Assembly (NCBI GenBank): GCA_038733315.1
Contig: JAVYPJ010000001.1
Location: 103,863-167,862 of the forward strand
Length of the DNA: 64,000 nucleotides
Source: Candidatus Aenigmatarchaeota archaeon
GTDB taxonomy: Archaea > Aenigmatarchaeota > Aenigmatarchaeia > CG10238-14 > SpSt-28
Direction: 5' to 3'
In this document: positions 38,141 to 48,227 of the stretch, piece after piece
Numbering within the stretch: position 1 is the first letter of the stretch
How the letters are laid out: every line of letters starts with the position of its first letter
Notes under the pieces: model-generated
Seen by the model: the letters and a program-made list of their open reading frames with translations, nothing else
What the model was told of the DNA's origin: nothing
Databases searched by the model: none
Translations under genes and position numbers: made by a program

Positions 38141-38992
38141 TTAAATTTTTGAATTTATTTCTATAAAATCCTTAATCTCGTTTTCAAAAATTTTTGCAGA
38201 TTTTTTTATATCATACTCACTTGCTACTATTTTATTTACCTCATACTCTACAAAATCTAAGGCCCTTTTAATAGTAAATAAAAGCTTATCGAAATTTATT
38301 TTTAAAGTATTAGCAAATCCATCATTAGTAATAGCTATTCTTTTCATAGCCATAGCCTCTAAAACTTCTTTTTTCCTATTTTCAATGGAAATTATCAAGC
38401 TGCTATTAAGGAAAAGCTCTGCCCTTTCTGTTTTACTTAACTCCCTACTAATAAAATTTACAAAGGGGAAAGTTTTTTCTGAATAAACCTGATAAACAAT
38501 AAAGTACAGATTCTTTATTTCTTTTTTCAACGACATAAGCTTTTCCAATATAGAAATAAGCGTTGCATCAAATGAATTTGTTAAGATTGTTATCCTTTTT
38601 ATTCTATCAAATTTTTTAAATTTAGATTTAAAATTACTAAAAAAATCAAAATCAATAAAATATGGAAAATAAATGCAGTTTTCTATTTTTTTATTTCTAA
38701 TTGCATAAAAGTCGTAGTCAAAAATATATCTTTCTAATTCGTTTTCTACAATTTTTATATTAATTGCATAGTTGCTTTTAAAATTTACATTTTTATCTAC
38801 AAAAAGTATTTTAACGTCTTCTTGTTTTATTGCATTCTCAAAATTTAAAGTTTTTATTATTTTTATATTATTTTCTGGAAAATATTCTCCGAACTCTTTA
38901 CTTTTCTCAAATATTACAGTTTCATAGTTAATTAGACTTAAAAATTTTATTATGTCTTCATCGATTTTATCTAAGAGAAATCCTATTTTCAT
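38141..38992 (-). CDS. Degenerate GT-B glycosyltransferase-like protein
   Basis: MKIG start, IYFPY shared with 36689..37537, EVLEAMAMKRIAITND. Confidence 0.55.
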   Translation of the reverse strand: MKIGFLLDKIDEDIIKFLSLINYETVIFEKSKEFGEYFPENNIKIIKTLNFENAIKQEDVKILFVDKNVNFKSNYAINIKIVENELERYIFDYDFYAIRNKKIENCIYFPYFIDFDFFSNFKSKFKKFDRIKRITILTNSFDATLISILEKLMSLKKEIKNLYFIVYQVYSEKTFPFVNFISRELSKTERAELFLNSSLIISIENRKKEVLEAMAMKRIAITNDGFANTLKINFDKLLFTIKRALDFVEYEVNKIVASEYDIKKSAKIFENEIKDFIEINSKI

Positions 38993-39446
38993 AAAAATTA
39001 AACTATTGATATCAATAATATGTTTAGTATTAACTTTTACTCTTATTTTGTTTATAAAAAATATTTCTATAAGCTATGAAATAAGATATGTTGCTTCTGT
39101 TATAGATGGTGATACGTTTGTTGATGAAAAAGGAGAGAAAATAAGATTAATCGGTATTAATGCTCCTGAAATTGGTAAAAAATGTTATGAAGAATCTAAG
39201 GAAAAATTAAAAGAAATGATAGAAAAAAAGTATGTTAAAATAGTTTATGATGTTAAAAAGAAGGATAAATACAATAGGACTCTTGCATACGTTTTTATTA
39301 ACGATTTGAATGTTAATTTAATAATGATTAAAGAGGGTTATGCAATTGTTTATTCAGATAATATAAATACAAAATTTTTAAAAGAGTTTTATCTTGCAGA
39401 AAAATATGCGAAAGAGAATAAGATTGGTTGTTTATGGAAAGATTAA
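38952..39446 (+). CDS. Membrane-anchored thermonuclease (SNase family)
   Basis: VIDGDT, IRLIGINAPE, DKYNRTLAYV, IGCLW; start uncertain. Confidence 0.93.
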   Translation: MSSSILSKRNPIFIKIKLLISIICLVLTFTLILFIKNISISYEIRYVASVIDGDTFVDEKGEKIRLIGINAPEIGKKCYEESKEKLKEMIEKKYVKIVYDVKKKDKYNRTLAYVFINDLNVNLIMIKEGYAIVYSDNINTKFLKEFYLAEKYAKENKIGCLWKD

Positions 39447-40534
39447 TCCAAAAAATCTTCGTTTTTAATTTTTTCTGGTAAATATGTTTCTGTAACAAAC
39501 TTTAAACCCCTACCAGCTAAGGATTCTAATTCTGCTTTATACTTCTTCTCTATGAACTTATTTATTTCTCTTTGCCATTCCTTTTTCTTAAACCATTCAT
39601 AGTTTAAAAGCTCATATGCTCTTTTTATGTCAACCTCTTTTGCTTTAATTGTCCAGTCTTTTAGCTTAAACGTCTCTATATCTGTCATTGTTAGGCCAAT
39701 AAACATTGCATCCTTAGTTCCTAATCTATCCGAAATGTGAGCTAAATTTATTGAACCGTATTTTATTACAGAGTATATATAGAAACCATAAGGATCGCTG
39801 TCACAAAAAACATATATAGGTAAGCCGAACTCTTGATTAAGTCTTTGAATTAATCTCCTTGCTCCCCTAGGAGCTTGGCCTTGAGTTGTTAATAAAATGC
39901 AATTATGTTTTTTCCAAAATTTATCTTCATGCAATCTTTCCCATGCTGCGTTCTTCTCTATTACTAAAACAAAACTTGCATCGACTTTTTTGAACTCTAT
40001 AGCTTCTACATTACTCGGAATGGCCCAACCGCCGCTACCTAATTTACTCCAATCTATGGTATCTCCTCTATCCTCTATTATTACATTACCAACTACTCTA
40101 CCTCTTGTATCAGCATTTAAATGTAGCTGCTCTCTTAAAACATCTAAGGTTACTTCTAAATCTACTATACAAGCGTCGCTTTCGTTTTGCTCATCAAAAG
40201 TATTTTCATTGCTATTTGGTAATGTTCTTTTCATTGCATAAAAAGCTTCTCTTAGGCTTGCATGAATATTTTCAGAAAGAAGTTTCTTAGTAAAGCTAGC
40301 AACTAATAAAGTTTGCATGAACTTTTTTGCTTTATGTAAATTAAAGAAATCTCTTTCTATTTTTTTCTCTCCAAGTTTTAAAACATGGTCTTTTCTATCA
40401 AAAATTATGTTTTTAAGAGTTCTAGAATATAAATTTATCCTTGGGTTTTCTCCTCTCTTTATTTGCTCAAGTAAATCTTTCCCAAGCTCTTCCAACTTTT
40501 TTATTACACTGTCTAAGTATGTTGGCTTAGCCAT
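39443..40534 (-). CDS. top6A: DNA topoisomerase VI subunit A
   Basis: SLREAFY catalytic Tyr, IEK, DSDPYG TOPRIM, KAELE. Confidence 0.97.
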   Translation of the reverse strand: MAKPTYLDSVIKKLEELGKDLLEQIKRGENPRINLYSRTLKNIIFDRKDHVLKLGEKKIERDFFNLHKAKKFMQTLLVASFTKKLLSENIHASLREAFYAMKRTLPNSNENTFDEQNESDACIVDLEVTLDVLREQLHLNADTRGRVVGNVIIEDRGDTIDWSKLGSGGWAIPSNVEAIEFKKVDASFVLVIEKNAAWERLHEDKFWKKHNCILLTTQGQAPRGARRLIQRLNQEFGLPIYVFCDSDPYGFYIYSVIKYGSINLAHISDRLGTKDAMFIGLTMTDIETFKLKDWTIKAKEVDIKRAYELLNYEWFKKKEWQREINKFIEKKYKAELESLAGRGLKFVTETYLPEKIKNEDFLD

Positions 40535-40540
40535 AATTAT

Positions 40541-42295
40541 TTAGGTCTCTATTTTTATTTCTGGAAGTTTTTTATTCGCTATTTCTAGTAACTTTTTTTC
40601 TATTTCTTTTTCGTCATAATTTGCTAAAATAGCTATGCTTTTTGCAACTTCTGGCAAATATCTTTCAAAAACATTTCTCTTCATTTTTACTAACTCTGCC
40701 CTTTTCTTCTTGGATATGTGTATGGAAACTTTTCTTAATGCTTCTTGAATGGCTAGCTCAAGCTCTTTTATAATTTCCGGATATTCCGCTATAGCTTGTT
40801 TTCCTTCACTTTTATATGGAATCCAAACAGAAATAAAATCTACTAAGATTAAAACATTTTCAGCTGGTAAATTAGATTTTCCAACAGAAATTCCATAATG
40901 GTTCCAATTTATTGACATAAGAACTTTTGTAATAGCACAGTCTCTAGCGTTATAAAGCAATGGTGTGTGATTAGCGAACCTTAATATAATTGATTGTGAA
41001 TCTGAAACATCTTCCTCTTCTATTTTACTTGAATCTTTAAGACCATAAGCTATAGCCACTTGGATTTGAAACGGAAAACCTCTATAAACTTTTGGCTTTC
41101 TTGTTATAGCGACGTAATACTCAGCTGGGTATAGCTTCTTTAAAGCATCGATAAGATATTTGTTATCTAATTGACTTAAACAATCTGTTGGTGGAGCTCT
41201 TATTTTTACTTTTTGCATAGAATTAAAAATTTTTTCTGCATCCTGTAAAGTAATTTCACTTGGTTTTTTATACAAATATTCTAAAATTTTATAAGACAAA
41301 AAGAATTTTCTTAGCTCTTGCTCATTTAAATCAATAATTTTTTTATTACTATCTAAATTCATTTCCTCTAAAACGGCTTTAACAACATTTTCGGAATTAA
41401 AAAAGTTATTTAGTATATCAAAAACTTTCTTTTCCTTATTTTTTATTTCTATTTCCTCTCCTCTTAAGCTCAATCTAAGGATTTTTATAGCTGTTTTTAA
41501 ACTTATTCTACTGAATTCCTTAGTAAGAAAATCTAAAAGAGTTTTTCGGTCTGTTATTTCTAAGAACCTTTTAAATACACCAAATTCTACTCCATATGGA
41601 TGTGGTTTAATCTCCTTTGGTTGTTTTGGTAATTTATCCGAAACTCTATCTAAAACAATTTTTTCTCCGTCTTTATCAAAAATTATCTTAGCAAAAGAGT
41701 TTGTAAGCCAAATGAACTTTAAATATTCTTCTATTTTATTACTGTACTTTCCTTCAACTTCTATTTCAACATCTAACCCATGCCATTTATATTTATTTTC
41801 TTCTTCGGCACTTTTTATTATTTTTGGCTCGTTTTTTCTAACATCTATCATTAACTCAAAATAATATATTTTATCAGAGTTAATCGTAGAAGTATATATT
41901 TTTGCTGGTTTAGAGGTTGTTAATTGCGCATAAAGAATTGCTCCCTTAGCTCCTATACCTTGGGTTCCTATGGATTGTCTTAGTCTATAAAATTTACTTC
42001 CGACTAAAAATTTTCCTAGAGCTATTGGTAATTTTTTGGGATTAATTCCAGGACCATTATCTATTATTCTAACTTTATATCTATTTTCATCGATTCTTCT
42101 TAATCTAACTTCAATTTCCGGTAAAATACCCGCCTCTATACATGCGTCAATAGAATTATCTACAAACTCCTTAACAACGGTATATAAAGATTTTGCAGGA
42201 TTTTCATATCCAAGTAAATGTCTGTTTTTTTCAAAAAACTCGGCTATACTTACTTCTTTTATTTTTTCAGATATATCTAAACTTCCATCGGTCAT
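40541..42295 (-). CDS. top6B: DNA topoisomerase VI subunit B
   Basis: EFVDNSIDA, DNGPGI, GSKF, GTQGIG, KPHPYG, RFANHTPL. Confidence 0.97.
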   Translation of the reverse strand: MTDGSLDISEKIKEVSIAEFFEKNRHLLGYENPAKSLYTVVKEFVDNSIDACIEAGILPEIEVRLRRIDENRYKVRIIDNGPGINPKKLPIALGKFLVGSKFYRLRQSIGTQGIGAKGAILYAQLTTSKPAKIYTSTINSDKIYYFELMIDVRKNEPKIIKSAEEENKYKWHGLDVEIEVEGKYSNKIEEYLKFIWLTNSFAKIIFDKDGEKIVLDRVSDKLPKQPKEIKPHPYGVEFGVFKRFLEITDRKTLLDFLTKEFSRISLKTAIKILRLSLRGEEIEIKNKEKKVFDILNNFFNSENVVKAVLEEMNLDSNKKIIDLNEQELRKFFLSYKILEYLYKKPSEITLQDAEKIFNSMQKVKIRAPPTDCLSQLDNKYLIDALKKLYPAEYYVAITRKPKVYRGFPFQIQVAIAYGLKDSSKIEEEDVSDSQSIILRFANHTPLLYNARDCAITKVLMSINWNHYGISVGKSNLPAENVLILVDFISVWIPYKSEGKQAIAEYPEIIKELELAIQEALRKVSIHISKKKRAELVKMKRNVFERYLPEVAKSIAILANYDEKEIEKKLLEIANKKLPEIKIET

Positions 42296-42334
42296 ATATA
42301 TTATATCTTTGACTTATATATAATATATCTTTGA

Positions 42335-42790
42335 TTATTTTGCTTCCTTAGAGGTAATGTCTTTTTGATATGGTAGTGGTATTAATATTTTCCCCCCAAT
42401 TCTTGAAATCCTATGAATTAAATCTGCAAAAGTGTTTATTATAGTTTGCATTGTAATCAAATCTAAGTTAAATTTTTCTGGTTTTAATATAATAACGCTA
42501 CTAGGTGCAAAAAGGATAGTAGCAAAGATTAAAGCATATATATCTTTTGCTAATATTTTTGTTTTTGCTGCCGCTGAATACATTTTATTTTTAGTCTCTA
42601 AATTTTTAACTCTTTTTGCATTAAGAAAAGTTTCCTCTAAGATTTTTATATCGCTAAATTCGCTAAGTTTTTTTAAATGCTCCTTTAACGCATCTTCTGA
42701 AGCTTTTTTTTCTATAGCAACTGCCTCAAACCACATTTCTGCTAATACATATCCTTCTTTTATTTTTTGATCAATTTCTGACTCTTTCAT
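42335..42790 (-). CDS. Conserved-looking archaeal hypothetical protein
   Basis: FEAVA...ALKEHL...YSA...APSSVIILKP; start placed at MKESE. Confidence 0.7.
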   Translation of the reverse strand: MKESEIDQKIKEGYVLAEMWFEAVAIEKKASEDALKEHLKKLSEFSDIKILEETFLNAKRVKNLETKNKMYSAAAKTKILAKDIYALIFATILFAPSSVIILKPEKFNLDLITMQTIINTFADLIHRISRIGGKILIPLPYQKDITSKEAK

Positions 42791-43713
42791 AATACTATAT
42801 CTACCTTTGCTAAACAATATGGACACCTTAAGTAATTATTTAGTTTTATTTCTTTATTTTCTCTATCTACAATAACGTTTTTGCAGTTATAACATAAAAC
42901 ATTTCTTTCTGTAGGAATGTATACAAACCTTAAACCATTTCTTTCAGCAACATCCTTTAGTTCTAATAATTCATATATATTCTCTTCGTTCTTCTTAACT
43001 ATATGAAACGGAATTGCCGGAGATAATTCGTTTATTATAAACTCACTGAATTCTTGAAGAGAATCTTTGTTATAGTTATTTGTTAAAATGTTTAGTATCT
43101 CTATATGTAATTTTTGTTTATATAAATATAATATAGTTTTTCTAAGCGTTTCTACATCTTCTAATCCATTTTCTTTATAGAATTTTTCATCCAAAAAGTT
43201 ATAAACCCTTATTTGAACCGCAGAAAAATACTTTCTAAACAGTTTTGAAAGTATAGGTAAAAAATATGCGTTTGTAGAAAAAACATTCACTAATCCAGCC
43301 CTAAAAGCATATTTTGCTATTTTATACATAGTCTCAAAAAAAATTATTGGCTCCTGTTTATAAAAGAATAGTATTTTATTTCCAGTTTCCTTTACCTGCT
43401 CTATAAACTCTTCTGTTTTTATTTCTTCTAAATCTTTTTCTTCTATGGAATTTTCATCTAAGTTACAGTTTGTCCCAATAGAATTTATTACAGTAACTTT
43501 ACTAAAAGGTTTGAAATGAAAAATATTAAGATTTTCTATATCTTCATAAAAAAAGTTTATTTTCATATAATTGGAAGCTATCAAAGTATTTCTTTTTTTC
43601 TCTCTAACTTTACAGAATCCTATTGGTTTTTTACTCGTCAATAAACATCTCCTTAAACATAATTTGCATCTTATTTTATTGCCAGCTTCAACACTCCATA
43701 AAAAAGCCCTCAT
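42787..43713 (-). CDS. AmmeMemoRadiSam-type radical SAM homologue lacking CxxxCxxC
   Basis: N-terminal CKLCLRRC...GFCKVR, FHFKP, EPII, STNAY, IPFH, GLRFVY, C-terminal CYNC/CPYC. Confidence 0.8.
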   Translation of the reverse strand: MRAFLWSVEAGNKIRCKLCLRRCLLTSKKPIGFCKVREKKRNTLIASNYMKINFFYEDIENLNIFHFKPFSKVTVINSIGTNCNLDENSIEEKDLEEIKTEEFIEQVKETGNKILFFYKQEPIIFFETMYKIAKYAFRAGLVNVFSTNAYFLPILSKLFRKYFSAVQIRVYNFLDEKFYKENGLEDVETLRKTILYLYKQKLHIEILNILTNNYNKDSLQEFSEFIINELSPAIPFHIVKKNEENIYELLELKDVAERNGLRFVYIPTERNVLCYNCKNVIVDRENKEIKLNNYLRCPYCLAKVDIVL

Positions 43714-43751
43714 AATTATTATTACTATTTTGAAATAAATAAAATCTCGTA

Positions 43752-44477
43752 TTAATATATCTTTCTGGCTATTATTATGAATCCTGTATGAACAATCCCG
43801 ATTGTTCTTGGTCTTAAATAATACTCAACTTGCCACTCCCTTACAAAACTTTCGATAACCTTTATATCAAAAAAATTATATTTTTTAACCTCCTCTACAT
43901 TTTTTACTAAGGTATCTACAACTGGACAAAAAATACAGAGATAGCCTCCATTCTTTAATAATTCAAATGCATGACATACAAAATCCTTAGAAGAATCTAA
44001 GTCCAAAAAAATTAAATCGAACTTCTCTTGATTTAAATATTTTTTATATTCAAAAACACTATCATTAATTAGCTCTATATATTCTTCTAAACCAGTTTTT
44101 TTTATATTGCTCTTAGCAATATTATAAAACCTTTTGTCCTTTTCGAAAGTATAGATTTTGCAAGGTTTTAAGTACCAAGCAAATTGAATTGTTAAAAATG
44201 CGTTTCCAGTCCCAGCTTCTAAAATTATAGAGCCTTGCTTTATTCCTGTATACGCTAATATTATCATACCGTCTTTTGGTAAAATTGCTTGCGGTCCTCT
44301 CTTTAATTTTGAAAGAATATCTAATAAATTTGGTTCACATACAGAAAATTTTATTCCTAAATGAGATTCTAAAATCTCTTTTTTATCCTCTATTTTTATT
44401 ATGCCATCCTTTGTATTTATTTCTTTTACATCATCATCTAATACATATTTAGAATTCTTAGAAATTAGAACCTTCAT
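43752..44477 (-). CDS. trmI: tRNA (adenine-N1)-methyltransferase TrmI
   Basis: RGPQAILPKD, EAGTGNA, FLDL, REW...RP...HTGF. Confidence 0.94.
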   Translation of the reverse strand: MKVLISKNSKYVLDDDVKEINTKDGIIKIEDKKEILESHLGIKFSVCEPNLLDILSKLKRGPQAILPKDGMIILAYTGIKQGSIILEAGTGNAFLTIQFAWYLKPCKIYTFEKDKRFYNIAKSNIKKTGLEEYIELINDSVFEYKKYLNQEKFDLIFLDLDSSKDFVCHAFELLKNGGYLCIFCPVVDTLVKNVEEVKKYNFFDIKVIESFVREWQVEYYLRPRTIGIVHTGFIIIARKIY

Positions 44478-44484
44478 AAATAAA

Positions 44485-44877
44485 TTAAACTCTTCTTCCT
44501 CTTCTAGAGCATCTTCTCATATAACCATGGGGTATTGGTGTTACATCTTCTATCATTCCTATTTTTAATCCTGATTTAATTAGAGCTCTTAATGCAGCTT
44601 GTGCACCCATACCTAATATTTTAGATTTTATACCACCTGGCGCTCTTAATCTTACATGCACATATGTAACACCTTTTGAAATCGCCTCTTCTGCAGCCTT
44701 TTTTGCAGCTAACATAGCTGGATATGGCTTTCCACCTTCTCTATCTTTATCTGTCATTTGGCCGCTAGAATATCTAGCAAAGGTATAAGTTCCTGTCAAA
44801 TCTGTAATGTGAACTATAGTTGAGTTTTTGCTACTAAATATATGCGCAATTCCCATTATTCCCTTTTTTTCCGCCAT
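44485..44877 (-). CDS. rps11: 30S ribosomal protein uS11
   Basis: [30 protein letters not shown]. Confidence 0.97.
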   Translation of the reverse strand: MAEKKGIMGIAHIFSSKNSTIVHITDLTGTYTFARYSSGQMTDKDREGGKPYPAMLAAKKAAEEAISKGVTYVHVRLRAPGGIKSKILGMGAQAALRALIKSGLKIGMIEDVTPIPHGYMRRCSRRGRRV

Positions 44878-44915
44878 AATATAGTTGAAAAATTATTATA
44901 AATTATTTAATTAGA

Positions 44916-45398
44916 TTATTTTACTTCTTTTAAACCTATTTTTTGTGGTTCTAAGAGTAATGTTATTTTATCCTCTTCGTTTTTTGGTACTAAATACGAT
45001 GGAAAATTTACTTTTCTGCCGTTAATAGCTATGTGGCCATGAACTATTAGCTGCCTTGCCTGCTTAATAGTATTTGCTAATCCTTTTTTATATACAATAG
45101 TCTGTAATCTTCTTTCTAAAATGTTTTCGGCTGTTAAATTTAGTAAATCGTCTAATTTTGTTGCGTCTATAAATCCATATTTTTTTATCTTTTCAAGAAT
45201 TTTTCTCTCTTCTTCTCTATCTGGATTTGCTGTTAGTCTTCTCGCAATTCTTCTGTATTTTCTGGCTATACTTTCTGCCCTCCAAACTTCCTTTTTTCTC
45301 CTTAGACCATATTTTTTCATAAGCTCTTTTTCCTTCTCTATCCTTTCCTTATCCCATCTTTTTAATGGCTTTTCGTATTTAGTTTTTAACTTTCTCAT
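44916..45398 (-). CDS. rps4: 30S ribosomal protein uS4
   Basis: [30 protein letters not shown]. Confidence 0.97.
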   Translation of the reverse strand: MRKLKTKYEKPLKRWDKERIEKEKELMKKYGLRRKKEVWRAESIARKYRRIARRLTANPDREEERKILEKIKKYGFIDATKLDDLLNLTAENILERRLQTIVYKKGLANTIKQARQLIVHGHIAINGRKVNFPSYLVPKNEEDKITLLLEPQKIGLKEVK

Positions 45399-45991
45399 TT
45401 CTTTTCTTTCTGGGCTTGTTGAGCTCTAGCCTCTTTACTCCTAACAACCCCAACAGTAGTACCTTTTCTAAAGTGGCTTCTTGTTCTTTGCCCTCTTACC
45501 GGTTGGCCTAACCTATGTCTCCAACCTCTATAAGTTCCGAGCTCTATTTCTCTTTTTACATCAAATTGTGTTTTCACCTTTATTTCGTCTCCAACTATAT
45601 GATGATCTTTTCCATCGAAAATATCCTTTCTCCTATTATATAACCAATTTGGTATTTCATATTTCTGTGGATTTCTAATTATATCTTCAAGAATTTGTAG
45701 ATTTTCGTCGCTCAAATTTCCTATTGGAAAATTCTTACTTATGTTAGTAACGCTTTCAAAAACCTTACATACAGCATTGCCATAAGAAAAGCTTATTCCC
45801 TTAATTTTCCATATAGCCCTTCTTATAGGTAAAGTACCGTCTATGTCCGAATCTATTAATCTTACAACAGGTTTATCCACCTTTATTTCTTTAAGTTTTT
45901 TCTTTTTAGTTTTAACCTCTTCTATTTCCTTTTTTTCCTCTTCTCTGCTAATGGATTCCTTTTCCTTTAATTTTATAGTCCTCGTTCCCAT
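45395..45991 (-). CDS. rps13: 30S ribosomal protein uS13 with charged N-terminal extension
   Basis: [30 protein letters not shown]. Confidence 0.96.
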   Translation of the reverse strand: MGTRTIKLKEKESISREEEKKEIEEVKTKKKKLKEIKVDKPVVRLIDSDIDGTLPIRRAIWKIKGISFSYGNAVCKVFESVTNISKNFPIGNLSDENLQILEDIIRNPQKYEIPNWLYNRRKDIFDGKDHHIVGDEIKVKTQFDVKREIELGTYRGWRHRLGQPVRGQRTRSHFRKGTTVGVVRSKEARAQQAQKEKK

Positions 45992-46034
45992 AATATTTTT
46001 CAAAAATTTATATAAATTACGTTAACTTTTTATA

Positions 46035-46700
46035 ATGAAGCATGGAGATGTTGTGTATATAGATTATGTTGCTAGAATAAAAGATACAAACGAGATTTTT
46101 GATTTAACAATAGAGGAAATTGCAAAAAAAGAGGGAATATATAATCCTGACTATATATACAAACCCATTCCAGTAGTTGTTGGTTTTGGTTTTGTTATAA
46201 AAGGATTAGATGAAGAACTTGAAAGAATGAATGAAGGAGAAGAAAAAGAATTTGAAGTACAACCAGAAAAAGCCTTTGGGAAAAGGGATGAAAATTTAGT
46301 AAAAACTTTTAATATTTCAGATTTTAAGAGACAAGATGTAGAACCAAGAGTTGGTGAATATATAACTATTAATGGTGTGTTAGGAAAAGTTTTAAGTGTT
46401 AGTGGAGGAAGGGTAACCATAGATTTTAATCATCCGCTAGCTGGAAAAACCTTAGTTTATAGAGTGAAAGTTGTTAAAAAAGCTGAAAATGAATTAGAAA
46501 AAGTTAAAGCTGTTTTGGAGTTTTTTACTAAAAAATCTGAAGATTATGAGGTTAAAGAGGATAAAGATAGCGATGCTATAATAATAGTTGATAAAAATAT
46601 TGCTTTAACTCCTGAACAAAAAAAGAGTTTATTTGATGTAATTTCTAAAATAATCGAGAAAAAAAGAATAATTTTTATGAATATTTTAGAGAAAAAATAA
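46035..46700 (+). CDS. slyD: FKBP-type peptidyl-prolyl isomerase (SlyD-like, long archaeal type)
   Basis: VIKGLDE, PEKAFGKRD, IDFNHPLAGKTL. Confidence 0.95.
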   Translation: MKHGDVVYIDYVARIKDTNEIFDLTIEEIAKKEGIYNPDYIYKPIPVVVGFGFVIKGLDEELERMNEGEEKEFEVQPEKAFGKRDENLVKTFNISDFKRQDVEPRVGEYITINGVLGKVLSVSGGRVTIDFNHPLAGKTLVYRVKVVKKAENELEKVKAVLEFFTKKSEDYEVKEDKDSDAIIIVDKNIALTPEQKKSLFDVISKIIEKKRIIFMNILEKK

Positions 46701-46767
46701 AAAAGTATTTTTACTGACCGCCAGTGCTACTGGTGATTGTTATTTTCTTTACTTTTGGGAAATTTGT

Positions 46768-47175
46768 TTAACATTTGTCTAACGGTAGTACTGTTACTCT
46801 TTTAACTGCGCTAGAAATGCTGGAAATATCTATCTTTACCTGCGCAGTCTCACCCGGAGCTAGTGATTGTTCTAACGTTGCATTTTCATGAATAACACTT
46901 CCTTCTGTAAACTCTACTTTAATTAAGAAATTTTTTCCCAAATCTACACTTCCTATATTTGTGAAAATTACATTTAGCTCAGTATTATTTTTATAATAAT
47001 CAACATCTAACCTAGCTCCAATACATTCAAATAACTTTTCTTGCTCTCTTTCTGTACCACCAGTTAAACCGCCAAGGTATCCTGAGAGATATAAATATAT
47101 TGCCACTCCCATTCCTATGGTTACTACCACTAAGATTATTGTTGCTATATACGCTGATATAGCTCTTATTTTCAT
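46768..47175 (-). CDS. Archaeal type IV pilin (frame continues past the TAA to 46711)
   Basis: Class III signal KIRA|ISAYIATIILVVV; NIGSVDL; LAPGE. Confidence 0.88.
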   Translation of the reverse strand: MKIRAISAYIATIILVVVTIGMGVAIYLYLSGYLGGLTGGTEREQEKLFECIGARLDVDYYKNNTELNVIFTNIGSVDLGKNFLIKVEFTEGSVIHENATLEQSLAPGETAQVKIDISSISSAVKRVTVLPLDKC

Positions 47176-47186
47176 AAAATTATATA

Positions 47187-47540
47187 CTATCCAATTAAAC
47201 TTTTAATAGTTCCACTTACCTTTAACAGCTTTATAATACATTTTTTGTTATTAATTTCATTTATTCTTCCTAATGCAAAATAAACGAAATGCTTAGATAA
47301 ATGATTGCACTTGATTATTATAGTTTTTTCTTTTTCATTAAAAGTATCTTTAATTATTTTAAAAGAAAGTAAAAAACTTAATTTACCAAAAGTTTTCAAA
47401 ATAGAATTCCAAAATTCTTTTTCAATTTCGATATAATCTAACTTTTCTTCACAAATTATTTTAATTAATAAATATCTCTTTCTTTCTCTTAAAGTTGGTA
47501 ATAACGTTTTTAACCTTTTAATTTTTCTATAGCTTGTCAT
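47187..47540 (-). CDS. rnp2: RNase P protein Pop5/Rpp14
   Basis: LPTLRERKRYL, VSGTIKSL. Confidence 0.92.
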   Translation of the reverse strand: MTSYRKIKRLKTLLPTLRERKRYLLIKIICEEKLDYIEIEKEFWNSILKTFGKLSFLLSFKIIKDTFNEKEKTIIIKCNHLSKHFVYFALGRINEINNKKCIIKLLKVSGTIKSLIG

Positions 47541-48226
47541 ATTAATTCGACACCAGGCATTATCCACTTTTCACTTCTCTTTTTTCTATTTTCTTCTAAT
47601 ATATTTTCTATTCTTTTCCAGTTTTCTTTTATTTCTTTTTCCTCGAAGTCAAAAACATATTCTATGCTTTCAAAAAACTTAAAATCTTTAACATCAAACT
47701 TCTCTTTTGAAAAGCTAGCAATAAAAAAAGGTACTTTATATTTTCTACATAATTTACTTATTTCTAAAATTTTTTGGTACTCTTTGTTTTCTTCATATAG
47801 ATTTTTAAATTTTAAAGAAGAAAAATCGATAACTATTCCTATGTTATTCAAAGCCGCTTTTTTTGCAAATATGTGATTAATTCCAATATCCTCTCTATTC
47901 TCGAATGGATTAATTAAAAAATCTGAAAAAACATTTTGAACCGCTTCTCTATTTAATTTCAAATTTCCACCTCTAACTAAAAGAATATCAAAATTTTTTC
48001 TTTTTTTTACATTCATACACTTTAAATCTTTATAATTATTTTCTGTAAAAATTGCGCCACTAAAAATTTCTAAATTGGTATTTATTTTTTTTATTTCATT
48101 ATCGAATTCTTCAAAGTTTTTTATTTTACTTAATTCTTCGGCTATAATAACTTTCTTATAATCTAATATCTCTAGAAATTCTAATATTTCGATTGTTTTA
48201 TTTGAATAATAAACTATGTCTATCAT
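47537..48226 (-). CDS. rnp3: RNase P protein Rpp30
   Basis: VRGGNLKLNREAV, GINHIFAKKAA, KYKVPFFIAS. Confidence 0.9.
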   Translation of the reverse strand: MIDIVYYSNKTIEILEFLEILDYKKVIIAEELSKIKNFEEFDNEIKKINTNLEIFSGAIFTENNYKDLKCMNVKKRKNFDILLVRGGNLKLNREAVQNVFSDFLINPFENREDIGINHIFAKKAALNNIGIVIDFSSLKFKNLYEENKEYQKILEISKLCRKYKVPFFIASFSKEKFDVKDFKFFESIEYVFDFEEKEIKENWKRIENILEENRKKRSEKWIMPGVELI

Positions 48227-48227
48227 T

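Noticed and set aside
46768..46770. Genome-wide TAA reassignment
   Set aside because: Many conserved genes end at TAA at their expected C-termini (e.g. pcn, proS, rpl12), so the standard code applies.
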